DNA of 64,000 nucleotides from an uncultured Ruficoccus sp. (GTDB taxonomy: Bacteria; Verrucomicrobiota; Verrucomicrobiia; Opitutales; Cerasicoccaceae), in the NCBI GenBank assembly GCA_965140785.1, contig OZ223481.1, positions 712,487 to 776,486 on the forward strand, in the 5' to 3' direction. Positions 33,541-43,696 of the stretch are shown here, piece by piece. Each line of letters begins with the position of its first letter. Position 1 is the first letter of the stretch. A program made the translations under genes and the position numbers. The notes under the pieces are model-generated. The model saw only the letters and a list, made by a program, of their open reading frames with translations. It was not told the DNA's origin and made no database searches.

Positions 33541-33570
33541 AAATATTAATTTTCGCTAAGACTATCCGCC

Positions 33571-33939
33571 TCAAGCGTTGGGGACGGGATCTTCACCGAA
33601 GCGGTTCGGGCCGTCCGTGCCTTTGAGGAAGCCGCACTCGACCAGTGTCCAGATCGCGCCTACCAGCGGAATAAAACCGATGAGAATCCACCAGGCGGAT
33701 TTGTCCCGGTCGTGCCAGCGCTTGGCATAGACGCAGATGCTCGGATAGATCAGCAAAAGCTGCCAAATGAGAGCGATAATGAAACCGACCGGGCTGGGGT
33801 TTTCGTGGCTGCCGCTGAGCAGGCCGGCGACGATATTGATGACAATGCTGATGATAAAAACCGGCAGCACGTATTTGAGCCAGAAGGTGGAGCGGCTGAT
33901 ACGGCCGTCGATCGAGAATAGCAATTGTTTGGCATCCAT
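33571..33939 (-). CDS. DUF805 inner membrane protein
   Basis: GRISRSTFW, KRWHDRDKSAWW and GT.GPNRFGEDP motifs. Confidence 0.92.
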   Translation of the reverse strand: MDAKQLLFSIDGRISRSTFWLKYVLPVFIISIVINIVAGLLSGSHENPSPVGFIIALIWQLLLIYPSICVYAKRWHDRDKSAWWILIGFIPLVGAIWTLVECGFLKGTDGPNRFGEDPVPNA

Positions 33940-34029
33940 AGTGAGAGTTGGTTGGGGGTGAGTGTTGTCCGGCTATCGCCGGTAGCATGAGCGTGAAGCG
34001 CCCTGCTTGGTTATGGAAGATGTTGGGAA

Positions 34030-34797
34030 CTAGCCGCTTGTCGAGCTTGTTTCCCCGCTTGAGCCATGTCCTTTATCCACAAACCGTTCCGGGTAGTCGG
34101 TGATGAGAAAGTCGAAGCCGCTCTTTTCCCAGAACTCGCGCCGGGCCGGATCGTTCTCGGTCCATACGGCGAGGATGGCCCCGGCCTTGGCCAGGGCGTC
34201 GAGCGTCGCGGGCGGGATGTCGAGCTTGTGGGAGTAGCCGATTCCGTGCACCGGCAGGGCGTCGTCAGGGACGCGGGGCGGGATTTTTGGCGGGACGCGG
34301 CGCAGCTTGTCAGCCAGCAGGAGCAGGGTGAGGTCGGGGAAGTGCCCTTGCAGCAGCCACAGCAGGTCGGGATAAAAACTCATGAAGAACACCTGTCGCG
34401 AGGCGATGAAGTCCCGGTGGCGGGACAGAATGGGCTTGAGGGCGCGGGCCAGGTCGTGGGCGGGCACCTCTTTGACCTCGATCAGCAGGGTTTTTCGCTC
34501 GGGGACGGTCGAGAGGACTTCCTCCAGAGTGGGGATGGTTTCCCCGGCGTAGGCGGCGTCTTTCCAGTCGCCCACATCGATGAGCTTGAGCTCCTCCAGC
34601 GTCAGCTCGTCGATGGCGCGGTCCACGTCGCTGAGCCGCCCGGTGCGGGCATCATGGCTGCACACGGGGATGCCGTCGCGAGTCAGGTGGATGTCGATTT
34701 CCACCCCGTCGGCCCCAAGCGCCCAGGCACGGCGGACAGCGGCCAGCGTATTTTCCGGCGCAGTGCCGGAGGCGCCGCGATGTGCGATAATAAGCAT
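34030..34797 (-). CDS. Glycerophosphodiester phosphodiesterase
   Basis: IAHRGAS..APENT, EIDIHLTRDG..VCSHD, IEVK, VWT.N and ITDYP. Confidence 0.92.
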   Translation of the reverse strand: MLIIAHRGASGTAPENTLAAVRRAWALGADGVEIDIHLTRDGIPVCSHDARTGRLSDVDRAIDELTLEELKLIDVGDWKDAAYAGETIPTLEEVLSTVPERKTLLIEVKEVPAHDLARALKPILSRHRDFIASRQVFFMSFYPDLLWLLQGHFPDLTLLLLADKLRRVPPKIPPRVPDDALPVHGIGYSHKLDIPPATLDALAKAGAILAVWTENDPARREFWEKSGFDFLITDYPERFVDKGHGSSGETSSTSG

Positions 34798-34891
34798 TTT
34801 TAGGTTGGTCTGTTAGGGGATCTTGTCGATGCTAGCCCTAACAGGGATAGCGAATGGCACGCCATCTGCAAACTGAACCCGCTTTTCCCCC

Positions 34892-36700
34892 ATGGAAATT
34901 TCTCTTTTTGGCACATTTGTCCTCGTCCTGGCCGTCGGCGCTGTCGCGCAGTGGCTCGGCTGGCGTTTTAAAATCCCCGCGATCCTCTTGCTTTTGGGAG
35001 CCGGGCTGGCCGCGGGGCCGATAACCGGGCTGATCGAGCCGGACCGGGCGTTCGGCGAGGTTTTGTTTCCGCTGGTCTCGGTCTCGGTCGCGATCATCCT
35101 GTTCGAGGGCGGGCTCAGCCTGAAGCTACGCGACCTCTCCAAGGGCGGGACCTCCATCCTGCGTCTGGTCACAATCGGCGGGGCCGTCACCTGGGCGCTG
35201 GGTGCATGGCTCTCCTGGGTGCTGCTGGATTTTTCGCCGATCCTCTCGATACTTTTCGGGGCCATGCTGACCGTGACCGGCCCGACCGTAATCGGCCCGA
35301 TGCTGCGGGCGATTCGTCCGCGCGGTAAGGTCAAGGCCATCGCGAAGTGGGAGGGCATCCTGAACGACCCGTTGGGGGTTCTGCTGGCGGTGCTGGTATT
35401 CGAGGTGTATTTGACCCGCCACTACGACGACGCTACGACGGTGATCCTGCTCGGTTTGGGTGAAACCCTGCTCACGAGTATCCTGCTGGCCGGTGCGGCG
35501 GCGGGCTTCCTGCTCCTGCTGGTTCGGGCCAAGCTCATGCCGGAGTTTTTGCACAACATTTTCGTGCTCGCGCTGATGCTGGGCATTTTCGGAGCATCCA
35601 ACGCCCTGCTGGAAGAGTCCGGGCTGCTCACCGTCACACTCTTCGGGGTGATTCTGGCCAACCAGTCCGTCTTCAATGTCCGGCACATCATCGAGTTTAA
35701 GGAGAACCTGCAAGTACTGCTCATCTCCTCGCTCTTCGTCGTGCTGGCGGCGCGGGTGGATTTCTCGGTCTTCGCCGGGCTGGGCTGGCAGAGCGTATTG
35801 TTTATCGCGATCTTGATGCTGGTGGTGCGACCACTGGCTGTATTCCTGGCCACGGTCGGCTCGAAGCAGACCTCTTGGCCCGACCGGATTCTGCTCATGC
35901 TGCTGGCCCCGCGCGGGATGGTCGCGATGGTGCTGACCTCAATCTTCGCCCTGCGCATTGAGCAGCAGGGCGACCCCGCCGCGGGGGCGAACATGCTGGC
36001 CGTCATGCTGCTGGTCATCGTGAGCACGGTGCTGGTGTACGGCCTGCTGGCCGGCCCGGTTTCCGCCCGGCTCGGGCTCTCCAACCTCGATCCGCAGGGG
36101 GTGCTTTTTATCGGGGCGCATGACTGGGCGCGGACGATTGCCGCCGAGCTCAAGTCTCTCAAAGTCACCGTGCGCATGATCGACTCAAACCGCTACCACG
36201 TCGGCAAAGCCGTTTCCGAGGGCCTCAACGCCGACTGCGGCAATGTCTTCTCCGAGGAGTTTCTGGAAAATCTCGACCTCTCCGGCGTCGGGCATGCCGT
36301 GGCGATGACCGCCAACGACGAGGTCAACAGCTTCGCCCAAACCACGCTGACTTCGTACATCGAAAAGGGGGACATCTACCCGCTGAAGGCCGAGCGTGAA
36401 GTTGACGCCAACGCGACCTCGCAGGCGGTCAACCCGCCCTTCGGCGAGGAGGCGACCTATTCCTTTCTCAAGCGCGAGTTCGAGCGCGGCTCGACGCTCA
36501 ACCACGTGACTTTGCGGGAGGGCTTCGAGCTGCCGGAGTTCGAGGAGCAGTACGGCCAGCGGGCTCTGCTCCTGTTCTGCATCGATGATGACGGGCGGGT
36601 GCGCATCTTCAGCGCCAAGACCCGGATCAAGCCCCGCATCGGCTCCACGCTCGTCTTTCTCGAAAGCGTTACCCAGGAGCGCGAAAAGGTCGAGGCGTAG
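34892..36700 (+). CDS. CPA1/NhaP-type cation:proton antiporter with C-terminal NAD-binding (TrkA-N-like) domain
   Basis: ILFEGG, VTGPTVIGP, WEGILNDP, ESGLL and APRGMVA motifs; soluble C-terminus. Confidence 0.9.
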   Translation: MEISLFGTFVLVLAVGAVAQWLGWRFKIPAILLLLGAGLAAGPITGLIEPDRAFGEVLFPLVSVSVAIILFEGGLSLKLRDLSKGGTSILRLVTIGGAVTWALGAWLSWVLLDFSPILSILFGAMLTVTGPTVIGPMLRAIRPRGKVKAIAKWEGILNDPLGVLLAVLVFEVYLTRHYDDATTVILLGLGETLLTSILLAGAAAGFLLLLVRAKLMPEFLHNIFVLALMLGIFGASNALLEESGLLTVTLFGVILANQSVFNVRHIIEFKENLQVLLISSLFVVLAARVDFSVFAGLGWQSVLFIAILMLVVRPLAVFLATVGSKQTSWPDRILLMLLAPRGMVAMVLTSIFALRIEQQGDPAAGANMLAVMLLVIVSTVLVYGLLAGPVSARLGLSNLDPQGVLFIGAHDWARTIAAELKSLKVTVRMIDSNRYHVGKAVSEGLNADCGNVFSEEFLENLDLSGVGHAVAMTANDEVNSFAQTTLTSYIEKGDIYPLKAEREVDANATSQAVNPPFGEEATYSFLKREFERGSTLNHVTLREGFELPEFEEQYGQRALLLFCIDDDGRVRIFSAKTRIKPRIGSTLVFLESVTQEREKVEA

Positions 36701-36896
36701 GGTGGAATTCGATTCCCTGACGCTTTGCGATGTTATACCGCATTCAAACCGTTTTGATAAGGTCAGGGATTTAACAGGAAGTCCGGAAAGAGCGAAAAGC
36801 AAGGTCTATGGCCTTCTACTCCCGCTCTTTCCGCCCTTCCTGTTAAAAAGATATTTTCCGGCCAGCGCCCTTTTCCATTTCTGCGCTAATAGTACC

Positions 36897-37170
36897 TAGA
36901 GCATTTTCGTTTTAATCTGTCGCACTCGGCTGAGCTGATTTTAAGTACTGGCAAGGCTCTTTCAAGGGACTTGGGCTGGAAGCCCTGGCCCCTTGAAAGG
37001 AACGCCGCCAGGCTTAAAATCAGCCAGTCCATTCGGATGGGGTCTGTCTTGCGGCTCGCGGCGTTGGCTGGGGGACTTACGGGCTTCCAGCCCGCTACGC
37101 TCCCAGCCGCCTGCCGAGCCTTCAAGACATTTCCCCACTGAGTGCGACTGATTAAAGCGAAAGTGCTCTA
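36897..37170. mobile_element. MITE-like element, 274 bp, with 31-bp terminal inverted repeats and TA ends
   Basis: Left end TAGAGCATTTTCGTTTTAATCTGTCGCACTC; reverse complement of right end TAGAGCACTTTCGCTTTAATCAGTCGCACTC (3 mismatches); nested internal inverted repeats. Confidence 0.8.
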
Positions 37171-37611
37171 AAGCACTTCCTCGGCCAGGGGGGCGAGTTT
37201 GTCGAGGATGGGCGGGGGCAGGGGGAGCGACTGCATCGGGCCGCCGGCGGTGGGCTTGCAGACATAGACGGTGGTCATTTTGCCGGTGGCGACGTGGCGA
37301 CGGTCCTCGCCGGTGCCCACGTAGCACTTGGCCACGTACTCGACCGCCTTGAGCTTGATCGCTTTGACAAAGAGCTGGATCTCCAGTTCGTCGCCGTAGC
37401 GGACCGGCTCGTGGTAGGAGCAGGAGGCGCGCACGCGCGGCCAGCCGTAGTCGGTCGTGCCGTCGCTGGCGGTGAGGGCTACGCCCACCTCGCGCAGCAG
37501 AGCGGACTCGGCCGCCTCCATCCAGCGGAAGTAGTTGGAGAAGTGCGCGATACCGGCCATGTCGGTCTCGGCGAATTCTACCCGGCGGCGATGTATAAAG
37601 GGCTCGGCCAT
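37168..37611 (-). CDS. Acyl-CoA thioesterase (4HBT/YbgC hotdog family)
   Basis: RRVEFAETDMAGIAHFSNYFRWME..E motif. Confidence 0.9.
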   Translation of the reverse strand: MAEPFIHRRRVEFAETDMAGIAHFSNYFRWMEAAESALLREVGVALTASDGTTDYGWPRVRASCSYHEPVRYGDELEIQLFVKAIKLKAVEYVAKCYVGTGEDRRHVATGKMTTVYVCKPTAGGPMQSLPLPPPILDKLAPLAEEVL

Positions 37612-37734
37612 ATCTCGTTGATCCTAACGGCTACGCTTAGCCTGAATCCAGCCCGAAAAAAGCCCTCCGAATGCCCTGGAGCATTAATGCCGGGCGGAAT
37701 AATCCGATCATACAAGTATCCCACTGATAAAGCT

Positions 37735-37830
37735 ATGAAACCGGAAGCGAAGGCAAATCTACGTCCCATTTATATCCAGACCCTGGCCATCGTCGGGTTG
37801 ACCATCGTGCTCCTGACCCTGATGCCGTAA
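37735..37830 (+). CDS. Putative 31-aa single-TM small protein
   Basis: MKPEAKANLRPIYIQTLAIVGLTIVLLTLMP; GC3-biased codons in its 3' half; followed by its own terminator. Confidence 0.5.
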   Translation: MKPEAKANLRPIYIQTLAIVGLTIVLLTLMP

Positions 37831-37880
37831 ACAGCCTGGAAGCCATTTGCAGTCAGTTGTTTAGTGAAAATGGTGTTTAG

Positions 37881-37911
37881 AAGGCGCTCCCGAAAACGGG
37901 GGCGCTTTTTT
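37881..37911 (+). terminator. Rho-independent terminator
   Basis: GCGCTCCCG-aaaa-CGGGGGCGC followed by T6. Confidence 0.75.
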
Positions 37912-37968
37912 GCGCGCGGGCGTTTTTTCCATGGCCAGAGGCGGCAAAACCTGAAAACTGACCCCCTT

Positions 37969-38550
37969 ATGTCACAAGCATCCGCACGCCACATCCTCGT
38001 TCCTACCGAGCAGCAATGCGAGGAACTCAAACAGAAAATTGCCGGTGGCGCCGATTTCGCGGCCGTAGCCGCCGAGCACAGCAAGTGCCCCTCCGGCCAG
38101 CGCGGCGGCGAGCTGGGCACCTTCGGCAAAGGCCAGATGGTCAAGGAATTTGAAGCCGTGGTCTTCTCCGCGCCGGTGGGCGAGGTGCAGGGCCCGATCA
38201 AGACCGACTTCGGCTACCACCTGATCGAGGTCACCGCTCGTAGCGAGCCCGGCAAGCCGTTGCCTCCGCCTCCTGGCCAGGCATCCGCACGCCACATCCT
38301 CGTCGCCTCCGAGCAGGAGTGCGAAGAGCTTAAGCAGAAGATCGCCGATGGCGCCGACTTCGCCGAAGTGGCCGCCGAGAAGAGCAAGTGCCCCTCCGGC
38401 CAGCGCGGCGGCGAGCTGGGGACCTTCGGCAAAGGCCAGATGGTCAAGGAGTTCGAAGCCGTGGTCTTCTCCGCGCCGGTGGGCGAGGTGCAGGGCCCGA
38501 TCAAGACCGACTTCGGCTACCACCTGATCGAGGTCACCGCCCGCGGCTAG
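37969..38550 (+). CDS. ppiC: Parvulin-type PPIase with two tandem PpiC domains
   Basis: Two copies of ASARHILV...SKCPSG..GGELGTF..GQMVKEFE...TDFGYHLIEV joined by SEPGKPLPPPPG. Confidence 0.92.
   Translation: MSQASARHILVPTEQQCEELKQKIAGGADFAAVAAEHSKCPSGQRGGELGTFGKGQMVKEFEAVVFSAPVGEVQGPIKTDFGYHLIEVTARSEPGKPLPPPPGQASARHILVASEQECEELKQKIADGADFAEVAAEKSKCPSGQRGGELGTFGKGQMVKEFEAVVFSAPVGEVQGPIKTDFGYHLIEVTARG
37975..38544 (+). repeat. Intragenic tandem duplication with a 303-bp period
   Basis: ca[ag]gcatccgcacgccacatcctcgt occurs at 37975 and 38278; the 3' halves of the two units are near-identical. Confidence 0.95.
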
Positions 38551-38582
38551 CACGCGTCCGGCGTTTGATCCGCTCATTTTTC

Positions 38583-38617
38583 AGCCTGCCTGGCGTCATG
38601 CCGGGCAGGCTTTTTTT
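38583..38617 (+). terminator. Rho-independent terminator
   Basis: AGCCTGCCTGGC-gtcat-GCCGGGCAGGCT followed by a T run. Confidence 0.85.
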
Positions 38618-38684
38618 GTCGGATCTTCTGGGCGGCTTTGATTTTTTGCTGCATCCCGGCGGCAAAGAATGCTAAGAAAAGGCT

Positions 38685-39224
38685 ATGAAAAAACTACTGC
38701 TCCTTTTGATCGCACCTGTCTTTTTTAGCCTGGGCTATGCCGAGGCCGAACAACCCGCCGCGCCGCCCGCGTCCCTGAAAAACCAGGCGCAGGCCGCGAC
38801 TCAGGCGCTGAAAGCCCGCGATGTCGAGGGCATCCTGAAGTACACACACCCCAAGCTGATTGCCGCCATGGGCGGCGATCAGGCCGCGCAGCAGGCGATC
38901 GCCGCGCTGCTCTCCAGCCTCGAAGTCCAGGGGTTTACGATCAGCTCGATCACCGTCGGTGAGCCCGAGCCGGTGAAGCCGGTGGGCGAGGTGCTGACTG
39001 CCCTGGTCCCGCAAACGGCGGTGATGGAGTATCAGAACAAGATCATAACCGTTGACTCCTACCTGCTCGGCGTCTCCGAGGACGACGGCGCCAACTGGGT
39101 CTTCATCGATCTGAGCAACCTGCCCCCGCCGCAGTTCGCCGCCCTCTTCCCCGACCTGGCCCAGGGCGTGGAGCTCCCCCCGGCCCAGCAGCCCAAAGTC
39201 GTCGAGAAACCACAGCAGCAGTAA
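38685..39224 (+). CDS. Hypothetical secreted protein
   Basis: MKK signal peptide, host-like codon usage, LLGVSEDDGANWVFID. Confidence 0.8.
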   Translation: MKKLLLLLIAPVFFSLGYAEAEQPAAPPASLKNQAQAATQALKARDVEGILKYTHPKLIAAMGGDQAAQQAIAALLSSLEVQGFTISSITVGEPEPVKPVGEVLTALVPQTAVMEYQNKIITVDSYLLGVSEDDGANWVFIDLSNLPPPQFAALFPDLAQGVELPPAQQPKVVEKPQQQ

Positions 39225-39278
39225 CCGCGACTTTTCTGGGGTCACGTGCGCGGACCTGATCGCGCTCACCATGAGTTT

Positions 39279-39311
39279 AAAAAAATCCGGGGCACCACGC
39301 CCCGGATTTTT
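39279..39311. terminator. Bidirectional terminator
   Basis: AAAAAAATCCGGGGC-accac-GCCCCGGATTTTT between convergent genes. Confidence 0.85.
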
Positions 39312-39367
39312 GTTACCCCCATCGATGCGAAGGGAGCTATTGGTTTAAAGTCCGTCTGGCGGATCGC

Positions 39368-41299
<1,932 letters not shown>

Positions 41300-41923
41300 T
41301 TAAAGTGTTTTTTCGTGTTCCTTGTCTAATGCCTCTCGGCCTTTTTTTAGGTGGAGGAGAATCGCGTTTGTGCGCATACCATGAACCCCTCTAGAAAAGC
41401 TTGGATCAGGGCCACCGAACTTAAGGGGGTCTCGGCGCGCTTCGTCCTTAAATAGTAGCTCTCGGAAATCATGGAGTAGAGAGAGTAGCTTGTCCAAGTC
41501 TTCATATTCTAGGGGATCAATGCGATTCCTCCCACACAATGTATCGAGGTCATTGTGGGAGAATATTTTATTTCTCCAAACTTCAATATTTTCTGCCTCT
41601 TTTTCGATTTTATCACGAAGCGCTTTTAAAGCTGTCTTAGATGTCTCGTACTCTTTCGCATTTACAAAGTAATTCAGGGATAGATTTTTGTGCCCTAGTG
41701 TTTTTTCTTTGTCACGCAAACGCGCGATTCCCATTGCGATTGAGTCTGATAATGCATCGCAAATGATATTAAAATCACCACCGCTTATACGATTATAGAG
41801 ATTATAATTCTCTTCACTCTGCTCAGGGTCTTGGAAGAGGGTATGAAACAACTGCCATTGTGACTGCAAGGTCAGTAGCTCGTGTTCAAATATAGCAGAT
41901 AGCTGAGGTTCGATGTCTTCCAT
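41300..41923 (-). CDS. HEPN-domain protein, AbiU2-like (putative RNase), low GC
   Basis: 207-aa helical protein with IARLRD...NLSL and WRNKIFSHND (HEPN-type R..H motif); AT-rich codons; stop 15 nt before the thiC start. Confidence 0.72.
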   Translation of the reverse strand: MEDIEPQLSAIFEHELLTLQSQWQLFHTLFQDPEQSEENYNLYNRISGGDFNIICDALSDSIAMGIARLRDKEKTLGHKNLSLNYFVNAKEYETSKTALKALRDKIEKEAENIEVWRNKIFSHNDLDTLCGRNRIDPLEYEDLDKLLSLLHDFRELLFKDEARRDPLKFGGPDPSFSRGVHGMRTNAILLHLKKGREALDKEHEKTL

Positions 41924-42020
41924 GTGTCCCTTCGTCGGCATTACCCGTATCAGGTTCCTCGGGTCGAAGGCCGCACGTGCCTCCCTCTCAGCCCCGCGCG
42001 CGGAGCCCCCCGTTGTGAGG
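41924..42020 (-). ncRNA. TPP riboswitch
   Basis: Minus strand reads GGGG-CTCCGCGCGCGGGG-CTGAGA...GACCC-GAGG-AACCTGAT-ACGGGTAATGCC-GACGAAGGGA; lies upstream of thiC. Confidence 0.92.
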
Positions 42021-42169
42021 GCTACCCAAAGGCATAATCCCGGCTTTCGCAACCCCATAACGGCCTTCTGTTTGATAATTGATTATCGTTAGTGGGGCCG
42101 GAGCCAAGTCGGAGGTGGGGCCGGATTTCGTGCTGGCCAAGGCGGGCGCGGCTTTTAGGCTGGCGGAGC

Positions 42170-43003
42170 ATGTTTGACGCCGCCGTCCAGCCGCTCCTGC
42201 AACATCCCGCCCCGTGGTTTTGCTGCGTGCTGGCGCTGTTTTCGTCTTTTTTCCTGGGGTTCACGCGGAGCAGCTTCGGCGGGGGCGGGTTCGTGATCTC
42301 GCCGCTGATCGTTCTGGCCATCGGGGCCAAAGACGGGCTGGCCGTGCTGGCGACGCTCATGGTGGTGGGCAGTGCGCTCAGTTGCTGGCAGCACCGCCGG
42401 GAGGTGGTCTGGCAACTGCTCAACCCGCTGCTCTTCGCTGCCATTGTCGGCACGGGGCTGGGCGGCTTGGCACTGTGGGCGCTGGTCCACTCGGGCGAGG
42501 AGACCGAAGTCGAGCAAAACCTGGAGTACGTGGTCGGCGGGCTGACGCTTTTTTACACTCTGCTCATCATGGCTCGGGGCCGCATTGCCAAGGGCGGGCC
42601 GCGCCGCCTGCCCCACTGGTGGGAGACCTTCTGCGCCGGAACGCTGGTCGGGATCTGCCAGGTGGTGGCCAACTCCGGCAGCCCGATGCTGACTGTGTTC
42701 TTCGTCCGCTTCCACCAGCACAAGGAGCGCTTTGTCGCGGCGCAGGCGTTTTTCCTCGGCCTCCAAAATATCGTCAAAATCCTGCCCCTGGTCCTGCTGG
42801 GTATTCTTCACTTCGGCAACTTCAGCACGGCTCTGATCCTGTTCCCGGTGCTGATTCTCGGCGGCTGGGCCGGGGCCTTCACCTACCGCAAGTCCAGCGA
42901 GGCGACTCTCTTCACGATCTACATCGTGGCCCTCGTGGTCGGCTGCCTGACCTCATTCATTCTCATCTGGGGCCGCGATAATTTTTACCGGGCGTTTTTC
43001 TGA
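42170..43003 (+). CDS. Sulfite exporter TauE/SafE family membrane protein
   Basis: GFTRSSFGGGG, GTGLG and NSGSP motifs; about 8 TM segments. Confidence 0.8.
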   Translation: MFDAAVQPLLQHPAPWFCCVLALFSSFFLGFTRSSFGGGGFVISPLIVLAIGAKDGLAVLATLMVVGSALSCWQHRREVVWQLLNPLLFAAIVGTGLGGLALWALVHSGEETEVEQNLEYVVGGLTLFYTLLIMARGRIAKGGPRRLPHWWETFCAGTLVGICQVVANSGSPMLTVFFVRFHQHKERFVAAQAFFLGLQNIVKILPLVLLGILHFGNFSTALILFPVLILGGWAGAFTYRKSSEATLFTIYIVALVVGCLTSFILIWGRDNFYRAFF

Positions 43004-43033
43004 GACGACGGTTAAGTGATATTATTTAACAGG

Positions 43034-43555
43034 ATGAAGCTGGGCCATGCTCTGTTGTTTTGTTTTGCGCTTAGCACCCTATCGATCGTTCATGCGGCCG
43101 AAGATCTGGATAAGCCGTCACTTCTGCATCTGGCGGATTACGATTGTATAAGCATTGGATGGAGCCACTTCTCCGGTTTCGGGGGCAACATGGGAGCGGG
43201 TGAGTTGATTTTTCGCTATGATAGTGAAAACGACGCAATAGAACTTTCGGCTGATCGTGATTCTCCAGCGCAATTAGCTGACCCCTTTAAACCCCCATCA
43301 CCCTCAACGTCTCTGGATAGCCTTACCTTTAGAGTTATTAGTGCAGTTGAGTTCTTGGGTTGGTACACTGTTATAGACAGGTTGAGACGGGAAGATTACC
43401 GCGACCTATTTCCCTATGTTTCAGATAATTTTTTGCATATCACCGTCTTATACCAAAAACATGGAGAGATTGTGTTTGAGGAAAGCTATGACGTGTCGAG
43501 CACTCCGGAGCTATTTTATAACTACTATGATTTAAAGGTAAGTTCTGCCAAATAG
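43034..43555 (+). CDS. Hypothetical secreted protein, low GC
   Basis: Signal peptide ending VHA-A; open AT-rich frame; no recognisable domain. Confidence 0.6.
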   Translation: MKLGHALLFCFALSTLSIVHAAEDLDKPSLLHLADYDCISIGWSHFSGFGGNMGAGELIFRYDSENDAIELSADRDSPAQLADPFKPPSPSTSLDSLTFRVISAVEFLGWYTVIDRLRREDYRDLFPYVSDNFLHITVLYQKHGEIVFEESYDVSSTPELFYNYYDLKVSSAK

Positions 43556-43696
43556 CTCGATCCTGCTAGTTGGTATTCGCAGGTGTGTGTTCTAGGCAGT
43601 GATGGCAGCCTTTGGGGTTATTGTAGCAAGCTCAGCAGGCATGCATGCGAGACACTACTGTCGTGTCCACCGATGATACTCGTCGCGCAATCTCGT

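Noticed and set aside
41924..42058. 45-aa N-terminal extension of the HEPN ORF shown in the ORF track
   Set aside because: It runs through the TPP aptamer, and base composition shifts at ATG 41923, which is the more plausible start.
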